Below are positions 37,348-49,535 of a DNA stretch of 64,000 nt, one piece after another (position 1 is the first letter of the stretch; the number at the start of each line of letters is the position of its first letter). The notes under the pieces were generated by a model that did no database searches, was not told the origin of the DNA, and saw nothing but the letters and a program-made list of their open reading frames with translations. The stretch comes from Marsupella aquatica (Eukaryota > Plantae > Marchantiophyta), in assembly GCA_973895155.1 (NCBI GenBank), contig OZ316892.1, positions 4,796,510-4,860,509 on the forward strand, given 5' to 3'. Both the position numbers and the translations under genes were made by a program.

Positions 37348-40300
37348 TCAGGTTTGCAGAGTTAGCCTAGCTGAGGAAGACCAGTCTTGCTTGTTGAGAT
37401 TGACCGGACGCATGGGAGTAACGTAAACGCGAACAGATTCAGTCCTTGTCTTTCCCGAACCGGAGTTCTTGCTGGCACCGCTTAAGCTCGCTGGAGTTGT
37501 AGGACTACGGTCAACTGAAGGTAAGTAGTCAGATTTCCCGGTGCAAAGAAGGAGCAGATGTCGGAGGTAGGCGAAAAGTGGATACTCCTGCATGGGGCAC
37601 AAATTTATCAACCTATTGTCAGCTCTGCTCATACCCTTATTAGATGGTCTTCTGGTGAGCCTACTCTACTGTCCGAAACTGAACGTTTTTGCAGATTCAG
37701 TCGCAATCAGACGTAGACAGTGTTTTCAAATCCATTGCAGGGTAGGCGTAGCCTACTCGACTCCCGAGCCTGGCGGCGGCTCGGTCAAGTCCCTAACTTT
37801 CTTTCGGGGCTGGCCCCCCGCCTTCCAAGGACTAGGCATTTTTTCGCAACATGAAATTCTCCCAAATATTAGAAGTACCTTCAGTGCCATGGCACAAAAC
37901 AATAAGGTTGTCAAATCTATCTCACTTACAATTTTAACGTCACGGAATGTGGTGTCCTGTAGCTGTGTTGGCATTTGATCTTTCAGCAATTCCAAAGCTC
38001 TGTAAAAGTTACAACAGGAAACTCAGTATAATGGGTTCTCAGATATTTGGTAAAGCTTCGACTGGTATTTGATCTTTCTACAATTCCAAAGCTCTGTAAG
38101 AGTTACAACAGAAACAGAGTCACAATAGGAAACTCAGTATAATGGGTTCTCAGAAATTTCGTAAAGCTTCGACTGTACTAAGTTACCAACCCTCGGGCAC
38201 TCTTTGATCGAATCCCTTGCTAGAACATTATGTACGTTAAGCATGCATTTCAGAACACAATTGTTGAGAATTCCCAACTACTATGTACGGTAAACGCAGA
38301 GTCACCCTCCCGCTTCTCTTTGGCTGGTCGTGCTCATTAAGCCCTACGGTGACCCCCTGTGGGTCGGCTAACAGATTGTCAATACTCCCGATATGTAATG
38401 GTATTGGTATCGGACAGATTAGTATACTAACAAGAACCGCGGACGGGTATGATGTTGCTATACTGCCGGATTAGTTTGCACTCTCTATCTCTTCTAACAC
38501 AGATCGGCCAGTCAGAAATACAGTACCTGCAGTTTTGACACAGTAAAATGAAGCTGCGGACAACGAGAAAAAGTAGCCTGGGGGAGAAACCTTGAATGTA
38601 AGCGAGAACGGATACCTGTGAAGAACAACATGACGTCAAATTGTAGGAAAAGCAATTGTAAATGTTAACGTGACAAGAGTGGTATCTGACAATATTTTTT
38701 CCTGATATGCCAGGTGCAGCGTTCGCGGCACGAACTGCGCAGGTTAGTTCAACAAGTAAATATTATATGGGTGCGGTCTGACCAGATCTTCACATAGTTT
38801 GATGAACCTTGGTAGGAGGCCGCAACTTGGTTCACAAATCGCAGATAGTCCTTCATCGACACGGAGTATAGAGTCCAGTATGGTCATTGCAAGCTACAGT
38901 AAGTACCACGGTACAATCAGAATTATGTCATCCATATCGTTAACTATCTCAGAATCATCTGAGGAACCGAACTGATATGAACTTGCTGACGAATGCATCT
39001 AAGAAAAATATTATCTGTTGAGGATGATGGCAGTGCAGAGAAGCCCAGATAAAATTAGATTCCTGTACAATTTGGATTGATGTCTGATATGTGCAAATGA
39101 ATCAAATTGTGTAATCATCAGATCTTCAAAAAATTGAATATTCAATACAGCATAGCTTCAATTTCTTGATAAATTCCTGTGGTAGTGTGTGAACTGCTGC
39201 TCAAGACCACAGATCCTCTCCACTCTATCACATTCACGGACATTCGATTAGGTTCTATGGTCTGGGTTGGCGGGAGGACACGGACAGGCTCTGCATCAAG
39301 GCATACCACTTTCGAAAGCTCGCTCCCAACATCCAATGCATAGAAGCAGACTTCAATGACATCATTTTGAAGAGCCCACTCGATGACCTCCTTCTGAAGG
39401 GTCTTCACAATGGTACACTGAGGTTTAGTTGCATCAGCGTTTATTGTGTGAACTAGCAAGTTTCAGATGAGAACTCACGCTATCATCATACACATCCAAA
39501 AAACATTTAACGCTGAACAAACTACTACACTCATAGGTCAGCTAGTAGCTGATGTTGAAACAAGATGAAGTCGTTTTTACCTGGCAGAGAATGCTGATGA
39601 CAGAGAGAGACAATGCTCTCAGGTTCTCGTAGACCTCTTCTGTGTATTCGGATAAAATGAACGGGATTAAGTAGTTTGGAATTTGCGCTGCAAGGGGAAT
39701 TGGTATCAGTGACAATGACGCACGTAAGCATATGAATGTAGTCTGCAAGAGCTGCAGAGACCCTCACAGTTAGTGCGTTCTAGAAAAGCAAGCAAATCGA
39801 CTGCATGATTGGCTGCTTTCTATGTTCCTGTTGAACTATTATAAATAATCATCCAATAAACAGACGTACATTGGATTCTGATAAATATTATCCTAGAGCG
39901 AAACAAATTGACTAGCAGATCTACTCACAAGAATTCACTAGGTACACTCCCTGCATCATTTTTTAACGAAGGTGATATCCAGCCATCACCTTGGGCGAGT
40001 AGATGAAGGAGGGCAGGATGGAAAGTTAAACGCCAGCACCTTTCAGGAAAGGAAGACGAGTCTCGTCGTTTGTTGCCACGCACTGCAAAATAAATGGGGA
40101 CGTTAACTTCGTATAAGTCGATGTGATCGATATCCGAAGCCGCCGCGACATTGCACGCAAGCTACCCAAATGATATAATCATTTGATTGAGGATAAGTAC
40201 AACTGTGACAGCTCTGCTACCTGGAGAAGACACAAAACGTTGGCCATTCGCTTGGATCTCCTGATATTCAGATCATCTTCGTAATATTTTTCGTAGACGA

Positions 40301-43222
40301 AGAGTATCTCCTGAGATCAAACGAACGCTGGCTAATGATGGCAAGCTTTCCGCTTCAAAGTCTCAACGCTGCGATCTATTGTTTATCAAGTGTAACACAT
40401 ACATAGATCGAGATCATGAGCATGTACCGATAAGCTAAGACAAGAGGTCCCTCTAGAACAAGCTCTGGGAGTGAGATCGTCCGGATCAGACTGACAGCTA
40501 GAGTAGACAATCACCTGAATCAAAATTACTAAGGTGCTGCATGAGTGGAAAATGTAGAAACCAGCTTGACGATAGAAGTCCGGATCCTGCTCTCGTCTCT
40601 GCGACATGACATCCCCGCACCTAATGTTAGACACTTACTAACTAGTCAAGAATCCAGGGATAAATTTACCTAAAGTAAGCTCTAATTCCCCTCTCTCCTC
40701 GGTATTTTGAGTGAAGGTTAAATAGTCAGTAAGATGTTTTCTTGCCTAGTACACATTTCGCACGTTTCAAATTCTACGTACTTTCCACTGCGACCGATGT
40801 GCACGTGCATATAATGACGGGACTTCGGCGGAGGTATGGCATTAGTTATTGTGTCATTACCATTCAAAAAGGACCTTGATCGAGAGCCTTGACATCGGTC
40901 GAGACCTTGCGTAAGAACAGCCTGGATCATTGACTTTCATCATGACCCGTATCCGCCGAAATTGGAAGACAAAAGCTGAATTGACAAAAGTGGTCATGAT
41001 ATGTAAATTTGTAGACCATTCACCTCTACGAGATGGCCGCTTAAGCATCGAAGCGCATTTTCCCTTAAATCGTTGTTCTTCAGCTCCTCAATGACCTCTG
41101 ACAAGGCCATGGGCCGCTTCATGAAATGCCCCTTGTGACGGCGCCCTCCCCTTTTACGTGACTTCACCTCTACGTCTTCCGCATTCAAGGTATTGATCTC
41201 TTGAAATTCTTCTGCAATGACAATGAGCCGGATGTTGATACAGATTCGCTAGTGTTGAATGGGATCCCTGTCCGCGACTTCGATTTCCGTCTTCAAAGTC
41301 TGACTCACGGCTCGTACAGGCCGATTCACACTGGAGAAGGTGAGAAAGACTACAAGTAGCAAGCGATATGTGAAGAGCTATAAACTGACGGAGACGGCGA
41401 ATTCATTGTTAGTTTTCGATTGAGTAGCATCTATAGTTGACTCTTCTGTCGAACAACTCAGTGATGTCTACTATCACAGCGGATATTCATATGAACTTTT
41501 GTAATTAGCTTATAATTCAATGAATTCATGTGCTCCAAAAGTATTGTGCTTTTTAAGATTGTCAAGCAAACGTACAACGAAATCTGCAGTACAGAGCAAA
41601 GGTATGGGATTCTCTTATTTGCGTAGAGAATCCAACTTGCCTGCTCCATCTGTAGCATCGTTGATGTCATCTAGGAATGTCTCAAGATCACATTGAGTCT
41701 CCGATATTGGTTCTTCATAAAGAACCGAGTCTGGTACGTGCCACAACTCGTGAGCTATGAGATACTCCGTGATCTCCTTCACATGTGTAGCTGCTTCTGG
41801 AGGCCGTATTTCTTGCAGTTCTGCAGTTGTCTGAACAAGCTGTTTCTCGTGCATATGCGCAGGCCAGTCGAGAAGCTGTGTCCCTTGCGGATATTGAGGC
41901 GACGGAATGAGCTCAGCCTCTTGCATATGTTCTGATCGGGGTTCTGATCTTTGAAAAATCTCTTTCTCTTGCACATGTCGAGGTGACTGAAGAAGCTGCA
42001 GCCCTTGGGCATATTGCGGTGATGCAATAAGCTGAACCTCTTGCATACCGGTATATGTCGATGACTGAAAAAGCTGTTTCTCTTGCGAATGTCGAGGTGA
42101 CAGGACAAATTGGAGCCCTTGCTCATGCTGATGTCGCGAGATCAGCTGAACCTCTTGCATTTGTGCCGATGACTGAAAATGCTGTTTCTCTTGCTCATGT
42201 CTAGGTGACAGGACAAGCTTTTGACCTTGCGCATGTTGAAGTGGTGGAATAAGCTGAACCTCTTGAATGCCGGATTGAGTGTACATCGATGGAAGAAATA
42301 CTTGTTTCTCTGGTGCATGTCGAGGTGACAGAACAAGCTGGAGGCCTTGCGGATGTTGATGTGGCGACACCAGCTCGGGGATCAGCTCAACCTCTTGGAT
42401 GTGTGCCGATGACTGAAAATGCTGTTTCTCTTGGTCATGTCGAGGTGACGAGACAAGCTGTTGACCTTGCGCATGTTGAGGCGGTGGAATAAGCTGAACT
42501 TCTTGAGTGTACATCGATGAAAGAAATACAGTCTGTTTCTCTGGTGAATGTCGAGGTGACAGAACAAGCTGGAGCCCTTGCGCATGTTGCTGTGACGAGG
42601 TCACCTCAACCTCTTGGATATGTGCCGATGAATGAAAATGTGGTTTCTCTTGCTCACATCTAGGTGACACTACAAGCTGTAGACCTTGCGTATGTTGAGA
42701 TGATGGAGTAAGCTGAACCTCTTCAGTGTACATCGATGAAGGAAATACTTGTTTCTCTTGTGCATATCGAGGTGACAGAATTAGCTGGAGCCCTTGCGAA
42801 TGTTGATGTGGCGAGATCAGCTCAACCTCTTGGATGTGTGCCGATGACTGGAAATGTTGTTTCTCTTTCTCATGTCTAGGTGACACGACAAGCTGTAGAC
42901 CTTGCGTATGTTGAGCTGATGGAGTAAGCTGAACCTCTTCAGTGTACATCGATGAAGGAAATACTTGTTTCTCTTGTGCATATCGAGGTGACAGAATTAG
43001 CTGGAGCCCTTGCGCATGTTGATGTGGCGAGATCAGCTCAACCTCTTGGATGTGTGCTGATGACTGGAAATGCTGTTTCTCTTGCTCAATTCTAGGTGAC
43101 AGGACAAGCTGTAGCCCTTGCGCGTGTTGAGGTGCCTGACCAAGCTCAACCTCGTGCATGTGTGCTAATGACTGGAAAAGCTCTATCTCCAGCGCACGTC
43201 GAGGTGGCTGAACAGGTTTCAT
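37348..43222 (-). CDS. Divergent CNOT9/RCD1/Caf40-like protein (CCR4-NOT subunit paralog) with a long N-terminal repeat exon
   Basis: Successive exons LRENALRCLS, HSCSTLVILIQ|EIL..SKRMANVLCLLQ|CVATNDETR, AQIPNYLIPFI..YENLRALSLSVI, GSELSKV, SPRLLFLVVR and MPTQLQDTTF are colinear with Rcd1. The join to the repeat exon is inferred via CAG|GCAAGT at 41641. Confidence 0.85.
41830..43160 (-). repeat. Coding tandem repeat, 12 x about 108 bp (36 aa) with an alternating dimer structure
   Basis: QEV(E/Q)L...QH.QGLQLVLSPR..QEKQ.F.SS repeated, ending alternately in AHI and MYT. Confidence 0.95.
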
Positions 43223-44832
43223 CTGTTCCAATCGATAACTCGATTCTAAGCAAGTGTTGGAGTCTCTAACCTCGTCTCAATGCAAACTCGAGATACTCGT
43301 TCGTTTCATCGATCGGCATCTTCTGCTCTGAACACAATTATTTCTGGGAATCCAGAAGACAGTCCGGGTATTTCAGTTTAACGTGAACGAGCTTCCATTT
43401 GACAGAATATGTATTCTCGCTCAGTGTCAAGAAGGCAAAATGTCTGCTAAATCGTCAGAGAAATGCGAACAAGGTTGATCCAACTGAGGTCTGATGTGTG
43501 CCAACTTGAAGGGATCATTCATACAAACTCACGTAACTTTGTTCTGCGAATTCTGTAAACCCAAATAAAAGTAGAGTTATCTGCGTGGGACGGTGTCACA
43601 GAAATCTAGAATCCACGTGACCTTCCAGAAATTGTTTTAGTTTAAAGGAAATCTTCTTTAAGCTTAAATGCGGTCCAAAGGTGAACTTCGAACGCCAACT
43701 TTTGAATCAGGATGGAAGCATTCAATTCCCTCGTGTACCGGATCAGATTAGACACGAATTCAAGCACATCAAATTGACGCACAAATCCTGAACAATTCAC
43801 AATATAGAGAATCATCACTTACCGTGTGTGGCAATCACCGGACAGAATTGTCGGCATTGCACGTTTCACATCTTCAGTGTCGATATTCCGGTATGCAGAC
43901 TACGTTCAACAGGTCGGAGTGTACAATGTGACTTCTGTTTAGTCTTTGAGGCGCGTCTCCATCACCGCTTCTGTTTCACACCGCTTATATTTCTGTCACT
44001 GAGGTTTTGCCTGGCCTCAAACTTTTCTTGCCTGCATGATTCCTCAGAGGATCGTTTGGCCGCTTGTCGATCGCATGCCACTACACGAATGTTAAGCTGG
44101 TGCTGCCGGTTTTGAAGCGCGGCCCCGTCATGTGCTCACCAAGTTCAAAATCTGTGCCTCCGTCGTAGGCCTGCAGCGGTGCCGACAGTCGAGTTACCTT
44201 TACTCACGATCTGTTTCACTTGGACAGCCCGACACTCGAGAGTTACCTTTAGTCGGGATCTGTTTCACTTGGACAGCCCCACCAGGAACAATTTTATTTT
44301 TTATGTATCGAACCGAAATCAACACTTGGTAGTCTGTCCCCACCCGAACAGGGTGACATTTGCTCCATTGTTCTAAAATGGTCAAATGTTAAAAAGCAAC
44401 TGAAAATGGGTGTTTCATATTTGTGAAGGAAGTCTGACTAGTATGCCGGGGCATGATCAGCAACTGATCACTGGATAAACTAACTCAAAAGGGCTGCAAA
44501 CATGGATAAACTAATTCAAAATGACTGCAAACAGTCAGTAGAGCATTTACAAGTCACATTTCAATCACAACTATTGAAGGCGTTATCTGAGTCTTTTCCA
44601 CCTTCAGGACTAACCCGTTGGTCCAACCAAGGTTAATTTAGATTCCCTCAATACAGAACGAGTGGGTTGGGATCCCACCAAGGTCTAAGTGAAAATGTTC
44701 CTGATAGCCTTGAATTGCCTGAGGTCAGTAGGCAAGGGGATTAGCCTGGAAATGAAAGGTCCCAGGCCGGTATATCTCCCCACCCCAACAGGGAGATATA
44801 TTCATTCTAAGGGAACCCATTTGAGGGTGACA

Positions 44833-44911
44833 TTACAGACCTCTATTTAAGCACAAATTTTGCCATAAGAGAACAGGCTGACAAAATTTGTGCTTAAATA
44901 GAGGTCCGTAA
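44833..44911. repeat. Perfect 25-bp inverted repeat with a 19-nt loop
   Basis: GACCTCTATTTAAGCACAAATTTTG (44838-44862) / CAAAATTTGTGCTTAAATAGAGGTC (44882-44906). Confidence 0.9.
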
Positions 44912-47900
44912 GTTATCCAAGTAAACGGACAAGGCTGTCAAAAACCAACAGTCTGTGATTGGTAATGGCGCTGCTCAGGCATCGCACAAAGGTGAAACGT
45001 CCCAAATGCAGCTGGGTCCTTTTTCTTTTTGGTGTAAACCAGTTGAAAATTTTATGCATCCATGTGGATGGGCATATAAAACATCTTGAGCTTTTTCGTC
45101 CATCCAGGCTTTGGTTCCGTACTCAGGATTGTATTTGAGCTATTTGAGGGTAGGCTGGTTGAGGATATTAATATTCTGGGATATACAAGGAAAGTTCAAG
45201 ACAGGGACTCTGGGTATAGGATAAAAACGTTTTAGTGCCTCCCGTCAGCTTGTTCTTACAATTCGGACACAACGTTATAGACAGAACCCCTGCCCAGACA
45301 TTGGTTTATTTGAGTAATTCTTTTTCAAACAATGGTTAGCGCTATAAATATGTGGGCGCGTGGTTATGAGAGTAGACTTAGGTAAGCGTTAAGTAGAAAT
45401 GCTTTGTTCCCTTCTTAAAAGCATAAGAGAGCTTTTATTTTTCTATCTTTGCTAGAAACAGAGGAGAACTTTCATGATGAGGCAATCCACATCTTGACTC
45501 TGCATTCTTCTCAGGGGATGCACTGAACATTACAAAGTGAAAGATTCTTAATATGTAAATGAGATTATGAGTGACAGAGATGTGCAAAGCTGAGTTGCTC
45601 AAATCAGTCTGAGCAACCGATGATGAGCTTTGAACGCATATATGAAACATGGGCATTGCCCCACGCCTGGTCTCTTGTCTTCTCGCACCCCTAGCTTGTC
45701 TTAGGGCTCAACTTTTCAGCTTATTCTGACTACTGTAGTTTCCTCAGTTGTCAATGTCAGTCCCTTTTGGATGGTGACGTAGCAAGCTAGCTTGTGAATG
45801 TTACCAGGCCTAGTTGATGGTCTTGACCAATATATTGTGCCCAAGTATTACTAGGATTAACCACACTAACTTGAGCCACAAATTTTTGAATAGATTGACT
45901 AAACAATTTTCGGGAGAATAATCTAATCATCTCCTGGTCCAAAAAAAAATTTTGATCACTTCCACTCTTTCTCTCTCAATAATACTTCTATATTTGGAAA
46001 TTATGAAAGACGAGAAAACTCCATTTATTTAGGAAGGGGGAGAAACACTGCCCAATCAATTAAGAAGAGTGGAAACCAGGGGAAAACATAGCTGCTGTTT
46101 CTTGTGCCTCATTGTCTAAACCCCTTTATGATTTGAAACACATTTGCGTGACTCGCTTTAACTTTCTAGAAGTTTCAATTGGAGATGTAGTTGGGTACCT
46201 ACTAAGGGTCAACAATGTAAAAGCTATTTAATTGCACCTACATAACTTTTAGAAGTTGTCATTAAATTATTTCTAAATGAAACCCAAACTGAAGGCAAAC
46301 CAAATTAAATTTGTAACTAATTTTCTATCACACTGACTGGGGCAAACCCTTTCAAAAAGTAGACTTCTGTAGATCAATTAAACATCCAAATTGAAACTCT
46401 ATAGAAATTCCAACCTAGAACCTAGTATACTCAAAAGCTCCAAATCATCTTGAAATCAAAATCAAATTGATTCCAATCAAAATTGAAGAAGAGATTGAGT
46501 TAGATTAGATAGTGTTACTAGGTTATTGATTGGAGCTGGATCTTTGCAGAAAGGGGTACAGGTTTAATGATTTATACTCTCCTAATTTATGTCAGGATTT
46601 TATTAAACCATCTTTGAATGAAAATTGAATTGAAATTGATCAGCTAGCTAATTCTACAGGGATTGTAACGAGCTACGGCTTTGTTTACGGGAATGGTTAG
46701 CATACATTCCAAAGAGAAGTTTTGAACATCTGATCAAACTGTTGTGAGATGAAATTTATTAGAGTTTTGTTTGAATTTCAAGACCATTCCAAAAAATAGT
46801 TTGAAATTTTTTATCAGACTATTTGAATGTGAGATTAAATTCAGAAGAGTAACATTTGAATTTCAAGACCAAGAGACAATTAGGAAATCGGCTCAATTTA
46901 TGTGCATTGTCTGGTTCTAGATCTTTTGAAAGCTATTGAGGGTTCTGCATTCATTCAGGGTTTTCTAAATGTGGGAAATTTTGATCCAGCCAGTTATGAA
47001 TGAAAGAATGATATACGTGAAAATAACTCAAATGTCCTTTGTTAGTTTGTTGTTGTTCTTGCATCCTGAACCCCAGGTATATAGGGACAGTGGGCTGCCC
47101 TTATATGTTTGATCCGTTTGTCTTTTGGCTAGAGTTTGGTTACTACAGCCATTACCTGATGTTAGTCCTTTTTTACATTTCTCATCCCTAGTCCAGTGTT
47201 CGTCAAGTTGGCTATGCAAATTAAGCTGCAGTTGTTCTGAGATTCTCCCTAGTCCAAAGGAAATTAGAGGGTTAGAAAGGATACTAATGTCCCAAGTTCT
47301 AATTTGTTCACCATCCTCTTGATTGCACCCCAAGGTCTTCATGCTGACCTTCAAAGCTAGAGTTTTTTAAATTAATTATAGAACATGATGACATTATGTT
47401 TACTATTGAAGCGCACTAAACCGCAGTAGGGATAATTTTCCTTTATATTACCTTGGGGTGCAATCAAGGGGATTATTCTGGCAGCAGTCGTCAGCTCAAG
47501 CAACTACAGTGGGCACCAATAGCTGCAACTTCTTTGCCAAGGCTGTATGCATATAGTAAAGTATTTTTGAGTGTTTCCAAGATTATAAAAAATTCGTCAT
47601 TAAGGTGCCAGCCTTGTGACGTTTATAAAATTTATAATGCCTCTATAAAGCATCTGGCGTGTGATATGTGCATTTGCCCAAAATAGCAAAAGAACTACTG
47701 CTGAAGTTGCAATTGGCGAATACCAATTTCTCAAATGATTCATAATGGCCCCCACTGATTCCTAACCATTTGAGGAATTTTACGTAATTTTCAAGTTCAT
47801 GTATTGTGCTTTATGTCAAAGGGAATGCGAAACCTATAAATTCAGTAAATGCTCAGCACTTAATTAACAGAAGGGTTCTTTGCAAGGTGAATATAGTTCA

Positions 47901-48311
47901 TCATAGTTCATGCTTGTGGTGTATTGAACGGTGACCTATATTGTTTCCTAGAGCAGTTTTTGTGTTAGATTCTATTAAATGAAAGTTTGCCTTCAACTTT
48001 GCCTTAAAATAAAGGCTACCCACCAGCCTACCCAATAATGGCTTTTGCAAGGTTCTCCCTTTTAGGCTTTGGGCACTCGCCTCTGTGTCTGCCTACACCC
48101 AAAATCAAATCGAAACGAAACAGAATAAATGAACGTAAACTGTTTCCAGCAGTGGTTTAGTACCCAACCTTACCCAAGTTTTCTGAATTCTGACTAGCAA
48201 AACTTTGCCTTCAAACAACCTGGGTCCAGTCTCAAAGCTAGCTGGGGTAAACCAACGAACAAGAACTCATCGGAGCACACCACTGCAACTTCACTAGACT
48301 TCACCCCCCTT

Positions 48312-48860
48312 CAAAAGGAAGAGAGCAAACGGACAACTGGGGGTGGAAATGAGCCAGATTTTAGAAGCAGAATAGAGTAAACATGGAGCTTAACTAGGGA
48401 AGACTTTGGCCACCCCTCTAAAGGAAGAGAGCACATTAACGGACCACTGGGGATGAAAAATGACCCAGATCTTACAAATAGAAGAGAGCAAGCATGGAGC
48501 TTAACTAGTGTAGACTTTGGCCACCCCTCCAAAGGAAGAGAGCAAATTAACGGACCACCTGGGATGAAAAATGAGCCTGATCTTACAAACAGAAGAGAGC
48601 AAACATGGAGCTTAACTACTAGTGTAAACTTTGGCCACCCCTCCCAAGGAAGAGAGCAAACGGGCCACTGGGGACGGAAAATGAGCCAGATTATAGAAAC
48701 AGAAAAGAGCAAACGGGCCACTGGGGACGGAAAATGAGCCAAATTATACAAACAGAAGAGAGCAAACATGGAGCTTAACTAACTTAGCGTAGACTGCGAC
48801 CACCCCAAAAAGGAAAGAGCGCACTGGGAAATGGAAAATGGGGCCAAATTTTAGCAACAG
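48312..48860. repeat. About 110-120-bp tandem repeat immediately upstream of DUO1
   Basis: About 4-5 copies of AAGGAAGAGAGCA..AACGG.CCACTGGGG..AAAATGAGCCAGAT...CATGGAGCTTAACTA...CTTTGGCCACCCCTC. Confidence 0.9.
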
Positions 48861-48889
48861 AAGATGGGCTGATTTGCGGCCAGGCACCG

Positions 48890-49005
48890 GACCTAACGGG
48901 GCCCCCTTAGGCACGTTGGGCGAGCTGGCAGCGCAGCGGGTATATAGATATTCCCATTTCCGGTTAGAGGGCATCTTCCATCGTTCATCTCATCTCAACT
49001 GGTAA
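48890..49005 (+). promoter_or_regulatory. Putative DUO1 core promoter: TATA-like box flanked by MYB-type AAC(C/G/T)G sites
   Basis: CTAACGG near 48892, TATATAGATA at 48941, CGGTTAG at 48961 and CAACTGG near 48996. Confidence 0.4.
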
Positions 49006-49535
49006 GTACTCAGCGAGGAGGAGGGAGAGAGCCGAGGGAAGGGCCCGAGGCTAGCACGCTGGCTGCGTGGCTTCTTCGTGTGCGTCGTCGGCTCTCTGGT
49101 CCTCTCCTACGGTAATCTGCGGGACGAACCAACTTTTAGTGAGCCAAAGGCTTTGTTCGTGTTGAACTCTCCTCTTGTTCTTCTTCTTCTTCTTCTTCGG
49201 GCTCCGCGCTTTGCTTCGATTCATTTCGTTGCGTTTCGTTTCGTTTCGGCTCGCTCGCCCAGTCTCGTCTTGTTGGGCGCATGCACGGCACGGGGAATGC
49301 AAGGCCGGGCCAGGGCAGGCCGAGCCCGTGGGAAGGCCTGGGGAAGGGAAAGGGAAGAGTTGTGGTGTGAAGGTGGTTGAGTTGCTCATGGGCGAGAATT
49401 GGTCGTGGAAGAAGTTGGAGCAAGGGGAAAAGAATTACGAGAGAGAGGGAGAGAGAGAGAGATCTATAGCTGGTGGTGGGAGGAAGATTGATTGAGTGAG
49501 ATTGATTCGATTAAGAGTAGAAAAGTTAGAGTAGA

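Noticed and set aside
48311-49495. ORFs upstream of DUO1
   Set aside because: By-products of the tandem repeat and of CTT/GA microsatellites in the leader.
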